This document shows, piece after piece, positions 9,218 through 18,538 of a stretch of 52,702 bases of DNA; position 1 is the first letter of the stretch; each line of letters opens with the position of its first letter. A model generated the notes under the pieces. It was not told where the DNA came from. It made no database searches and saw only the letters and a list, made by a program, of their open reading frames with translations. The DNA is from a bacterium (GTDB lineage: Bacteria; Krumholzibacteriota; Krumholzibacteriia; LZORAL124-64-63). The stretch spans positions 1 to 52,702 of the forward strand of contig JBDRBC010000437.1 in NCBI GenBank assembly GCA_043823125.1. Reading direction: 5' to 3'. The position numbers and the translations under genes were made by a program.

Positions 9218-10714
9218 TCAGTCGTTTTCCGGCTCGGGAAAGATACTCTGATGATTCTCGGCAGGATCGTAGAAAGTGCACTGATTGCGCCCGTTGTGCT
9301 TGGACCGGTAGAGCATCTGATCCGCCTTGCTGTTGAGCTCGGACGGATCGGTGCCGCACTCGGGATAGGTCACCACACCGAAGGAGAGCGTGACTTGCAG
9401 TCGCCCTTCACTGTCGGGTAGCTGGATACTCTGGCGGGACATGCTCGTCAGCAGACGCGACATGACTTCCCGCGCCGCTTCCGCGGAGGTCTCGGGCAGG
9501 ATGAGGGCGAACTCCTCCCCCCCGATCCGGCAGACATGGTCGATCCGACGTAAAACCTGTTGCAGTTCCTGGGCCACCATTTGCAGCACGGCGTCGCCGA
9601 ACTGGTGGCCGTGGGTGTCGTTCACCTGCTTGAAGTAATCGAGATCGGCCATGACCAGCGTCAGGGGACTGTTGCTCCGCTTGGCGCGCTCCAGTTCCAG
9701 GACGAACTGGTTGTCGAAGAAGGCGCGGTTCTGCAACCCGGTGAGACTGTCGGTGTGAATACGCAGATTCATCTCCCGGATACTTCGCCAACGGCGGGAG
9801 ACGAATCGGGAAAGCTGCCGTGCCAGACGGAACAGATCGAGCCGCGGAAGGGGACTACGCGGCACCACGAAGAGCAAGCCCACCTCCGGCCCCAGACCGT
9901 TGGCGCCCTGTTCGGACACAAACGGTTCGAACAGCGGCATGGCGATGGCGCCGTGGAAATTGAAGGTCTGATCAGCAGCCACCTCGTTCGCCGAAGTACG
10001 GGTCAAGACCTCATGAATGTCGGAGGGCAGCTTGGCCCGCTGCTGGATCCAGATAGCGGCGCCCTTTTCGCGCGCCGTCTCCCAACCGGCTCCGGTCTGC
10101 CCACTCCGCTTGACCAGGATCGCCGGATCGGCTTGCTCCTCGATCCAGCTGGGATCCGCCTCCTCGAGACGCAAGTAGATATGAAGATCGGAACGGATGC
10201 GGCGAAGCAATTCGAGGATGCCGCCCAGGATCACCTCGCGCTCGCCACTGCGTGGATCATTGATCCGCAGATCCTGCGCCGCTTCCATGGCCGTGAGCAG
10301 ATGATCGAATTCCGGCTGTGAAGTTCGGCCAGTCGATGGCGCCGGTGTGGACTGTTGCGGCGTCGGTGGTGGCGCGGGTTTCGGTTTCGGCTCCGGTGGC
10401 GGCGACGTCGGCCTTGTCGGGACGTGACTCGTCGCACTCAATGGCGCCAGATCCACAAGGTGGGTATTGGATCGGATGAGAAAAAGCGTGTCGTCCCGGG
10501 GCCTGGTGGGTCGATTGACGGTGACGCGGATCAACTCGCCCCGCCTGATGAGATCGGACGCCACGGATCGAGTTATTGTCAGCAGTCGCCGGCTGTCGGT
10601 GGTGGCCAGAACCCGACGAGCCAGACGACGTTGCTCGGGGCCCACGGCATCCAGTTTCAGCAGAACCTGTAAAAGCTGTTTGATTTTTCGTTCGGAACCG
10701 TTCACGTGTCCCAT
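9218..10714 (-). CDS. Diguanylate cyclase (GGDEF) with unknown N-terminal and GAF-like regions
   Basis: TDSLTGLQNR, DLDYFKQVNDTHGHQFGD, RRID I-site and GGEEF active site. Confidence 0.93.
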   Translation of the reverse strand: MGHVNGSERKIKQLLQVLLKLDAVGPEQRRLARRVLATTDSRRLLTITRSVASDLIRRGELIRVTVNRPTRPRDDTLFLIRSNTHLVDLAPLSATSHVPTRPTSPPPEPKPKPAPPPTPQQSTPAPSTGRTSQPEFDHLLTAMEAAQDLRINDPRSGEREVILGGILELLRRIRSDLHIYLRLEEADPSWIEEQADPAILVKRSGQTGAGWETAREKGAAIWIQQRAKLPSDIHEVLTRTSANEVAADQTFNFHGAIAMPLFEPFVSEQGANGLGPEVGLLFVVPRSPLPRLDLFRLARQLSRFVSRRWRSIREMNLRIHTDSLTGLQNRAFFDNQFVLELERAKRSNSPLTLVMADLDYFKQVNDTHGHQFGDAVLQMVAQELQQVLRRIDHVCRIGGEEFALILPETSAEAAREVMSRLLTSMSRQSIQLPDSEGRLQVTLSFGVVTYPECGTDPSELNSKADQMLYRSKHNGRNQCTFYDPAENHQSIFPEPEND

Positions 10715-10759
10715 CCGACAGGAGGTGAATCCGTGCCCATCTTTGCCATTCTGCTACTA

Positions 10760-10788
10760 ATTATGACATATAATGCATTTTCATGCAA
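10760..10788 (-). promoter_or_regulatory. Sigma70-type promoter of the diguanylate cyclase
   Basis: TTGCAT-N17-CATAAT with a TG extension, in an AT-rich divergent intergenic region. Confidence 0.55.
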
Positions 10789-10993
10789 TAACCACGCGGC
10801 TTTCTCTTCATTTAATCTGCGCCGGCCCGACAATCCTTTTCCGATCTTCAATCCGGTCTGAACCAGGTATCTATCTTGCCTGGGTTCGAAATCATCTGGT
10901 ATACATTGCTGTTCGTGGCGGGGAATTCAATTCCTCGAAGTTTTCGCCTCCGTTCCCGACCAGGCGTGAGGATCCTGAAATCAGGTGGTAACG

Positions 10994-12760
10994 ATGCAGT
11001 TCCAGCTAATAGCTTCGCTTCGGAGTATCCGTCACACGGCGCGGCCTCGTGGGGGGCCGGCCCGTCTCTGGTTGGTGCTGCTGGCCGCTCTCGTGCTGGC
11101 CGGTTGTGGTTCCATCCCGTTCGGTGGTGGTCCCGCCTCCACCACGGAATCGGCTGGCGATTCGGCTCCCGCTGAGCTGACGCCCTCCCCACAGGATACG
11201 GTATCGTCAGATAGTCTATCGCTTCTACTGGAGTTGCCGACGCCGGTCCCAGCGTCGCTGCCCGACTCTCCGGATGGGTTACTCGCCATTGCCGACCTCG
11301 AAAGCTTCTACCGCCAGGCCTTGAGCGCCATCGCTGCGGGCGAACTCACGCGGGCCGAGGACCTGCTCTTCATCCTCCAGGACCAGGTGCAGCAACCGGT
11401 ACCCGTTTCTGCCGACTCCAATTATGTCACCTTCCGCCGGAGCTTTGCCCGGCGAACCCTGTTCCTCGGCGGCCTTCTGGCCGAGAGTTCGGCTTTCAGC
11501 CGGGGTGTCACCGCTACCGATTCCGTGCTGCAGGTGGCGTATTCCACGCTCACCGGACCGGCCTTTCCGGATTCGCTGGTCCCTATCACCGGCAGCAGTC
11601 GGCCGCCGCTAGTAGCGGATATGTTACGCATCGACAATGCGCTGGTGCGCAAGTGGGAAGAGTACTTCAAGGGATCGGGTCGCAAACATTTCGGCCAGTG
11701 GTTGGAGCGCAAGACCGAGGTGGACTCCCTGGTGCTCGCCATCTTGCGCGAGGCCGGTCTCCCCGAGGAGCTGATCTATCTCGCGGTCATCGAGAGCGGT
11801 TTGAGTTTCTACGCTCGCTCCAGTGTCGGGGCCGTGGGACCGTGGCAGTTCATGCCCGGTACGGCCAAGATGTTTCGCTTGCGGTACGACTGGTGGGTGG
11901 ACGAACGGCGCGATCTGGAGATGTCCACCCGGGCCGCCGTGGCCAATCTGCAACGGCTGTACGATCAGTTCCACGACTGGGCCCTGGTACTGGCTGCCTA
12001 CAACGCCGGTGAGGGACGCATCGAACGCGCCATCCGGCTGGCGGGGCACAACGATTACTGGCGCCTGCACCTGCCCGAACAGACCAAGAATTTCGTCCCG
12101 AAATTCATTGCGGTCGCCAGGCTCGGCGAGAACTACGCGGCGGAGGGATTCAGTGTCGAATCACGGGGCGACCTCCGCTACGACGTGGTGCCGGTGGACG
12201 ACGCCACCGATCTCGGGCTCATCGCTCGCTGTGCGGGGGTTCCCGTCGAGGAGGTCCAGTCACTCAATCCCGCCCTCCGTCGCATGGCCAGCCCCCCGGA
12301 CAGTCCCGAGTACCCCATCCGGGTCCCGCCCGGCACCGGTGGCGTCTGCGCCGCGGCCCTTTCCCGCGTACCGGCCTCGGAACGGCTGACCTGGCGCAAA
12401 CATCGGGTGAATCGTGGAGAGACGCTCAGTGAGATCGCCTACCACTACGGAACCACGGCGCGAGAAATTGCGGAACTCAACAATGTCCAGAGCATCAATC
12501 ACATCAAACCTGGCGATCAGTTTCTGATCCCCATGCCCGCGCGCCTGAGCGACAAAGCCCGCCAGCGCGCTCAGGAGCGGGGCCACTACGTCCCGCCGGA
12601 CGGGTATCAGCGGGTGGCCTATACCATAAAAACGGGCGACACCTTGCTCGGTATCGCCCTCAAGCTGAACGTGTCGCTGAATCACCTGCTCCGGGTGAAC
12701 GGACTCAAGAAGTCGAGCGTGATCCATCCCGGGCAGCGGCTGTACGCCTACCGACCGTGA
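10994..12760 (+). CDS. mltD: MltD-like lytic murein transglycosylase lipoprotein with LysM domains
   Basis: Lipobox LAGC. SLT motifs IESG, GAVGPWQFMPGTA, DERRD and AAYNAGEG. Two clear C-terminal LysM repeats. Confidence 0.9.
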   Translation: MQFQLIASLRSIRHTARPRGGPARLWLVLLAALVLAGCGSIPFGGGPASTTESAGDSAPAELTPSPQDTVSSDSLSLLLELPTPVPASLPDSPDGLLAIADLESFYRQALSAIAAGELTRAEDLLFILQDQVQQPVPVSADSNYVTFRRSFARRTLFLGGLLAESSAFSRGVTATDSVLQVAYSTLTGPAFPDSLVPITGSSRPPLVADMLRIDNALVRKWEEYFKGSGRKHFGQWLERKTEVDSLVLAILREAGLPEELIYLAVIESGLSFYARSSVGAVGPWQFMPGTAKMFRLRYDWWVDERRDLEMSTRAAVANLQRLYDQFHDWALVLAAYNAGEGRIERAIRLAGHNDYWRLHLPEQTKNFVPKFIAVARLGENYAAEGFSVESRGDLRYDVVPVDDATDLGLIARCAGVPVEEVQSLNPALRRMASPPDSPEYPIRVPPGTGGVCAAALSRVPASERLTWRKHRVNRGETLSEIAYHYGTTAREIAELNNVQSINHIKPGDQFLIPMPARLSDKARQRAQERGHYVPPDGYQRVAYTIKTGDTLLGIALKLNVSLNHLLRVNGLKKSSVIHPGQRLYAYRP

Positions 12761-12766
12761 CCTCGG

Positions 12767-13846
12767 TCAGAACCGGGCGGTCAGGCTGAGCCGATGGGTC
12801 ACCTCGTCGATATCCAGGGTGTCCCCCGCATAAGCGTAATCCACGGTCAACGGTTTCAGGACGAAACCGACACCCGCAGTCAGATCGTTCATCTCCCAGC
12901 CGCTATCGAAACCGCCGCGCAGGAAGACCCGATCGCTGAATGCCATCTCGAGTCCGAGATGGGCGTTGGTGCTGATGGACCCCGTCCAGTACTGGTCGGC
13001 GCCGCGCCGGTTTTCGAACCGGGTCTCGAAGGCGCTGGTGAGCAATACCGCGGCGTTCCAGCTGGGTAGCGGGAAGGTGTACGCCACGCCCGGGATGACT
13101 GCCGGGGCGATGATCTCGTTGGTGCCGGTGCTCCAGGAGAGATACGTGGTCGTGATGTCCTGAAATTTGACCCCGAAATCGAGCCGGCGCCAGATCTGCG
13201 GTCGGAAGAGACCGGCGTCGAAACCGATGCCGATACTGGAGAAGTCTCCCACACTCTGACGAATCATTTTCAATGAACCGCCCACCTGCCACTGTCCCTT
13301 GCGTTCCCCGTAAGAGAGGAACAGCGCCCACTCCTGGTCGCTCTTGAACCGGATCTGATCCTGCATATTGAAGAGCTCGAGGATCTCGGTATTGTCGACT
13401 TCACCGTCGCCGTTCTCATCGAGCTGATCGGTCAAATGATCCGTGAAAGGAATATCGTCGATGCCCAGCCGGATGACGGAGACGCCGAAGCCCCCCTCCT
13501 GGCCACCGAACAGCGACCAGTCCACCGGCTGCACATAGGCGGCGAAATCACGATCGATGAGGTCGCCGAAACGTTCGGAATGCATGAGCAGGAGCTGCCG
13601 TTCCTGGGCCGTGGCGAGACCGGCTGGATTCCAGAACGTGGTGGACGGATCATCCGCCAAGGCCACAAAGGCGCCACCGAGGGCCAGGGCGCGAGCACCG
13701 CCACCATTCTCCATGAAGGCTCCGGCGTACTTGGCAGCCTGCACGGGTGTCGTCACGACACACGAAATCAGCCCCATCACGAACAGGGTACAAAAGGCAC
13801 ACCACGATCTGGTGCGAACTGACGAGATCTGCATGAATGTCCTCAC
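12767..13846 (-). CDS. PorV/PorQ-family (FadL-like) outer-membrane beta-barrel
   Basis: Signal peptide, KYAGAFMENGGGARALALGGAFVALADDPSTTFWNPAGL, and a terminal barrel strand DYAY...THRLSLTARF. Confidence 0.85.
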   Translation of the reverse strand: MRTFMQISSVRTRSWCAFCTLFVMGLISCVVTTPVQAAKYAGAFMENGGGARALALGGAFVALADDPSTTFWNPAGLATAQERQLLLMHSERFGDLIDRDFAAYVQPVDWSLFGGQEGGFGVSVIRLGIDDIPFTDHLTDQLDENGDGEVDNTEILELFNMQDQIRFKSDQEWALFLSYGERKGQWQVGGSLKMIRQSVGDFSSIGIGFDAGLFRPQIWRRLDFGVKFQDITTTYLSWSTGTNEIIAPAVIPGVAYTFPLPSWNAAVLLTSAFETRFENRRGADQYWTGSISTNAHLGLEMAFSDRVFLRGGFDSGWEMNDLTAGVGFVLKPLTVDYAYAGDTLDIDEVTHRLSLTARF

Positions 13847-13933
13847 TCACCAGGGGAGAATGTGTCAGAGGATTCAGCGCAACAATGAGACCCGACCCGC
13901 AGGTGGTCAAGGCAATGGCAATTGCCTACAGTC

Positions 13934-13962
13934 ATTATATAGCAGAATCCTATCGCTGCAAA
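13934..13962 (-). promoter_or_regulatory. Sigma70-type promoter of the PorV-like gene
   Basis: TTTGCA-N17-TATAAT on the minus strand. Confidence 0.6.
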
Positions 13963-13981
13963 GCCACTCTTTTCTAGTCGG

Positions 13982-15487
13982 CTACAACTCGTAGCGCTTG
14001 ATCTTCCGATACAGGGTTCGTTCACTGATGCCCAATCTTGCGGCGGCCTGCCGGCGCCGCCCACCGGTCGCTTTGAGGGCGGCTTCGATGAGGGCTCGCT
14101 CCGCTGTCTGGAGATCGCCCCCTTCCGAAAAGGCCACCGGGCTGTAACCGGTGGCGCCGGAATAGGTCTCCACCACCTGCTCGCCGTACGGTATGGCCTG
14201 ACCGGTGGCGCCCGGCATTGTGCCCAGCAGCGCCGCCTTGATGGCCTTGATGTCTGTACGGAGTTCGAGCAGGGTGGCCATCATCAGCTCCCGCTCCAGG
14301 CTCTCACGGTCACGCTGGACCGGCACCGGCAACTTGCTGCCCAGGGCGGGCGTGCCGGCGAAACGAATCTCCGCCGGGAGATCCGCCAGCTCGATCATTC
14401 CCGACTGCTTGAGTACCGCCGCCGCCCGGATGACATTCCGGAGCTCCCGGATGTTGCCCGGCCAGGAAAACTCGGTCATCCGTTCCAGCGCCGGCCGGGA
14501 AATCCCCCGCACCGACAGACCGTGCTCCTGGTTCTCCAGCTTGATGAAGGTCTCGGTCAGGACCGGGATATCGCTCGGTCGATCGCGAAGTGGCGGGGTG
14601 GGGATCACGATGACCCGCAGTCGATAGTACAGGTCCTGGCGGAAACGTCCCTCCTCCACCTCCAGCGCCAGATCGCGATGGGTGGCCGCCACGAACCGGA
14701 TGTCGCTCCGGAGTGTCTGCCGTCCACCCACCGGGTTGAACTCACCGGTCTCCAGGGAACGGAGGAAACGGGTCTGCATGCCGAGCGGCATCTCTGCCAC
14801 TTCATCCAGGAACAGGGTGCCGCCGTCCGCCCGCTTGAACACCCCGTCGTGGGCGGCGACCGCGCCGGTGAAAGCGCCCCGCGCATGCCCGAATAGCTCA
14901 CTCTCCAGAACGCCTTCGCTCATGGCGCCGCAATTGACGCTGAGGAACGGCCCGGTGGCTCGCGACGAGTGGGCGTGAATGGCCCGCGCCACCAGTTCCT
15001 TGCCGGTGCCGCTTTCTCCCAGAATCAGGATGTTGACATGGATGGGCGCCGCCTGGGCGATGAGCGAGATCATCTCCGACACCGCGCGTGATCGTCCCAC
15101 GATCCCGCTCCGTTGTCTGACCTCGCGCAGTAACAGCAGCCGCTGGATGACCCCCCGCAACTCGGCGGCCGTTACGTCCACTGGCAGCAGCCGGCTGGAC
15201 CCGATCCGTGACTGCTCTTCCCAGTCGGACAGGATGCCTTGGTCGCCGAGTACTACCAGATCCGAATCTCCCCGCAGGGAGAAGAACTTCCGGATGACGT
15301 GACGATGACGCGTGTATTCCGAGGTATCGAACAGCAGCATGACGGACTGTCCAGCCGCCACCTCGGCCAGCGCTTCGGAAGGCGAGTCGTACAGGTAGAG
15401 TTCGACCTCCGGCAACTGCCAATCGGCCACCTCCTTGTACAGAGCCGGCCGGCGGCTGAGAACAACCAGTGGCTTCTTGCTCGACAT
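13982..15487 (-). CDS. Sigma54-dependent enhancer-binding protein with degenerate receiver-like N-terminus
   Basis: GESGTGKE, ESELFGH, GAFTGA, LFLDEV, WPGNIREL and a Fis-type HTH (LGISERTLYRKI). Confidence 0.93.
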   Translation of the reverse strand: MSSKKPLVVLSRRPALYKEVADWQLPEVELYLYDSPSEALAEVAAGQSVMLLFDTSEYTRHRHVIRKFFSLRGDSDLVVLGDQGILSDWEEQSRIGSSRLLPVDVTAAELRGVIQRLLLLREVRQRSGIVGRSRAVSEMISLIAQAAPIHVNILILGESGTGKELVARAIHAHSSRATGPFLSVNCGAMSEGVLESELFGHARGAFTGAVAAHDGVFKRADGGTLFLDEVAEMPLGMQTRFLRSLETGEFNPVGGRQTLRSDIRFVAATHRDLALEVEEGRFRQDLYYRLRVIVIPTPPLRDRPSDIPVLTETFIKLENQEHGLSVRGISRPALERMTEFSWPGNIRELRNVIRAAAVLKQSGMIELADLPAEIRFAGTPALGSKLPVPVQRDRESLERELMMATLLELRTDIKAIKAALLGTMPGATGQAIPYGEQVVETYSGATGYSPVAFSEGGDLQTAERALIEAALKATGGRRRQAAARLGISERTLYRKIKRYEL

Positions 15488-15592
15488 CACGCTCCGCCTG
15501 GGTTGAAACAGCCTCAGCACATATCGCGACGTAGCGGATAATACAACGATCCGTCGTGGTTGCCAGGGAAAAACCGGGGAAACACGCCAGAG

Positions 15593-16501
15593 TCAGACGA
15601 AGATTTCCATCTCGTTCTCCAGCGTGTGCTGCAACTTCTCGGCAATGCTGTCGAGCACCTCGGACGGAATCTGCAGGATCTGATTGGAACGGCAAGACTG
15701 GAGATCCAGCGCCGCGTTCTCCACAAAACCGATACCTTGCCGCTTGCAGAGATTGTTGGCGAGATCGAGGTACAGCAACAACGGATTGTCGGGCATGAAA
15801 TTGGCGGGATCGTGGTGATGAGCGATGCTCGCTTCCATCAACGGCGACAGCTTCCATTTGTTCACCAGCAGCGCACCCACCTGGGTGTGGTCGAAGCCAA
15901 GCAGTTCCTGTTCGGTCTCGACGAACATCCGGTTCTCGTTGTAGACGATCTGGACGATCTCGTCGAACTGTTCAGCGGCCTGGTGGTTCAGCACCAGCTT
16001 GCCGATGTCGTGCATCAGACCGGCCAGGAACGCCTCCTCGGCCAGTTGCGGATAGCGGTCCTGCACCAGCAGACGACAGCCGAAGGCCACCCCGATGGAG
16101 TGTTCCCACAGCAGCCGTTCCTTGAGCCCCATGCGCTTGCCGCTGCTGAGATACAGGTTACGCGAGGCACTGGTGATGACCAGGCTACGAATAGAGTTGA
16201 AGCCGAGCATGACGATGGCTTCGGTCAGGGTCTTGATCTTCCGGCTGCAGGCGTACATGGCGGAGTTGGCGATCTTGAGGATTCGCGCCGCCATTGCCTG
16301 GTCGTCAGCGATGACCTGCTGCAACTGCTGGGCCGAGGAGTTGGGATCGGACGACAGCTCGAGCACCTTGCTGGCCACGTGGGGCATGGCTGGCAGGTCC
16401 CGGGTGTTCATGATGATCTGCTTGAGCTGTTCCTTGTCGGCTCTCGGCTCGGCCGTGGTCACGGCCGAAACCGGTTGCACTTCCCTTTCACCGCTGGTCA
16501 T
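15593..16501 (-). CDS. HDOD domain protein
   Basis: LPAMP, DQAMAARILKIANS, AIVMLG, LWEHS and AFLAGLMHDIGKLVL. Confidence 0.93.
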   Translation of the reverse strand: MTSGEREVQPVSAVTTAEPRADKEQLKQIIMNTRDLPAMPHVASKVLELSSDPNSSAQQLQQVIADDQAMAARILKIANSAMYACSRKIKTLTEAIVMLGFNSIRSLVITSASRNLYLSSGKRMGLKERLLWEHSIGVAFGCRLLVQDRYPQLAEEAFLAGLMHDIGKLVLNHQAAEQFDEIVQIVYNENRMFVETEQELLGFDHTQVGALLVNKWKLSPLMEASIAHHHDPANFMPDNPLLLYLDLANNLCKRQGIGFVENAALDLQSCRSNQILQIPSEVLDSIAEKLQHTLENEMEIFV

Positions 16502-16563
16502 CGTTGGCTCCCGGCCAGATACGGCACGCGGTCCGAAGCTCGCGTCGCCGTGGGTGTTCGTGA

Positions 16564-17058
16564 CTACAGTTGACTCGCCTTAAAGACATATTCGACCTCT
16601 CCCCCCCACCGCTTTAGGGAGGATTCGGAATTCGGCTCCCCAGACGATTCCGACCCGACGGCCACTCGCTCCAACCGGTCGGCGGCGCTGTGCAATCGGT
16701 GCAGGAGGCTGGAGAGAAGTGCGTCGGGATTCGGCTGTGGCTCGCCACCGGTCATGAACTGCTGATTTTCCGCCAGACGGTGTTTTTCCTGCATATCCTC
16801 GGCCTCCCTCTGATATGCCGACAGGACATTCTGGATATCCGGATAATTCCGTGGGGTGCCCCGGGGTTCCGGTGATGACGGTTCCAGCAGCTGGTTCTTC
16901 ACCACGGTGACCACTGGTTTCCGCCAGCTTCTCCAGACAGCGCGCAACCGCCAGATGCAGCCGCCAACCGTTAGGGAAACTCCGGCGACCATCAAGATAA
17001 GCGACAGCCAGAATCCCAAGCCGTTACCGCTGTGCAGATAATCATGAATCACATTCAC
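16564..17058 (-). CDS. Hypothetical single-TM protein in the fliA operon (possibly SwrB/DUF6115-like)
   Basis: N-terminal hydrophobic helix. It fills the gap between co-oriented genes. Confidence 0.65.
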   Translation of the reverse strand: MNVIHDYLHSGNGLGFWLSLILMVAGVSLTVGGCIWRLRAVWRSWRKPVVTVVKNQLLEPSSPEPRGTPRNYPDIQNVLSAYQREAEDMQEKHRLAENQQFMTGGEPQPNPDALLSSLLHRLHSAADRLERVAVGSESSGEPNSESSLKRWGGEVEYVFKASQL

Positions 17059-17077
17059 CCCGTTCTGGCCCCCGCCG

Positions 17078-17422
17078 TCACGCCCGCGTGTCGATGTTCA
17101 AACCGATCTCCTGGGCCGTATCGGTCTGTTCTTCTGCATCGTTCTCCTCACCGGTCTGTTCTGCGGCCTGCTGCTTCTTCTCTTCCTCTGCCGCTTCCTG
17201 CTGAGCCCGCTGGCGGTCCTTCTCCGCATCCGGATCGATCTTCCCCTTGTCGGCCTTCTCGGCCTTCTTGACCCGGTTGACTTTCAGATCCTTGCTTTGA
17301 CCGACCTGCTCCGAAAAGGTCGTTGTGTTCTGATTGGCCTGCTGCTGGCTCTTCACCTGCGTACGCGCAACGTTGCCGAGCTGCGAGAGGGAGGTCTGAA
17401 GGGATACGCCGTCCGCGGCCAT
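17078..17422 (-). CDS. Hypothetical charged protein of flagellar operons (C-terminal GxxIDxxA)
   Basis: RBS present, Q/K/E-rich, ends GLNIDTRA, directly downstream of fliA. Confidence 0.8.
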   Translation of the reverse strand: MAADGVSLQTSLSQLGNVARTQVKSQQQANQNTTTFSEQVGQSKDLKVNRVKKAEKADKGKIDPDAEKDRQRAQQEAAEEEKKQQAAEQTGEENDAEEQTDTAQEIGLNIDTRA

Positions 17423-17452
17423 GATCTCACCGCCTTGCCGTCAGGCTCACTG

Positions 17453-18418
17453 CTATATGGGCGGTCCGAGCCCAGCCCCGAGAGCCAGTAATCCGGTCGG
17501 AATCAGCACGGTCAACGAGACCAGGACATCCACGGGCGACGGTTTCTCGGCCGAACTCGTCGGCAAACTCACCGGCTTGTCCCGCTTCACCGTGGCCTGC
17601 TGATTCTTCTGCTGAATTTCTTCCGTGATGCGCCCGATGGACATCTTGCCTTCGTGGCGTCTGATCTTACCCTGGAGTCGCAGTATGGCCTTGGTGTGGA
17701 CCTGGCAAACCCGGGATTCGGTAACATCCAGAATCTCCCCGATCTCCTTCAAGGTGAGTTCCTCGTAGTAATACAACACGAGGACGAGCTGTTCTTTTTC
17801 CGGAAGCTCCGCCAGCCGCTGGGAGATGAGGGTTCGCATCTCCTGTTCGGCGAGCATCTTCTCCACATCGTCGGAACGAGGGTCGGCGAGATACTCGCCG
17901 AGGTTGGTGGGCTGCTCGTTCTCGTCCCCGGTGGTGTCGGCATCCAGGGACATGATACTGGCCACCGCCACTTCCCCGAGCATGTCGTCCAGTTCACGCA
18001 TATCGACGCGGAGTTTCTTGGCCACTTCGCGGTCGGTGGCGGGACGGCCCAGCTTGACCTCAAGGGTGGAGTAAGCCTCTTCGAGTTGCTTGGCCTTGCG
18101 ACGCAGGGAACGCGGGAACCAGTCCTGACTCCGCAACTCGTCGAGGATGGAACCCCGGATTCTCGGGATAGCGTAGGTTTCGAACTTGATACCACGCTGA
18201 TGGTCGAAATTGTCGATGGCCTGGATCAGTCCCAGCAGTCCGGCCGAGATCAGGTCGTTGAATTCCACGTAATGCGGTAAGCCGATGGCCATGCGGCCTG
18301 ATACGTATTTGACCACTTTGACGTACTGCTCAACGAGCAGCCGACGCGCATCCTGATCCCCATGCTCCAAGTGCTGCTGCCAGAGTTCGTAATGAGCTAT
18401 CCGCACGTTCTGGGACAT
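17453..18418 (-). CDS. fliA: FliA/WhiG family sigma28 factor with hydrophobic C-terminal extension
   Basis: DLISAGLLGLIQAIDNFD, KFETYAIPRIRGSILDELRSQDWFPRSLRRK and LYYYEELTLKEIGEILDVTESRVCQVHTKA. Confidence 0.96.
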   Translation of the reverse strand: MSQNVRIAHYELWQQHLEHGDQDARRLLVEQYVKVVKYVSGRMAIGLPHYVEFNDLISAGLLGLIQAIDNFDHQRGIKFETYAIPRIRGSILDELRSQDWFPRSLRRKAKQLEEAYSTLEVKLGRPATDREVAKKLRVDMRELDDMLGEVAVASIMSLDADTTGDENEQPTNLGEYLADPRSDDVEKMLAEQEMRTLISQRLAELPEKEQLVLVLYYYEELTLKEIGEILDVTESRVCQVHTKAILRLQGKIRRHEGKMSIGRITEEIQQKNQQATVKRDKPVSLPTSSAEKPSPVDVLVSLTVLIPTGLLALGAGLGPPI

Positions 18419-18456
18419 TTCCGCGCCTTTCTCAAGAGGTCGAGTGGGTCGACACT

Positions 18457-18472
18457 TGCACTATTCGTGCCA
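18457..18472 (-). promoter_or_regulatory. Sigma54 promoter of fliA
   Basis: TGGCAC-GAATA-GTGCA (GG-N10-GC), ~40 nt upstream of the ATG. Confidence 0.75.
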
Positions 18473-18538
18473 GCAATTCTTGTCGGTAAATCGTTACCGA
18501 GCCGTCAGTTGTTCCTCTGGACTCCACCTTGAACAATC

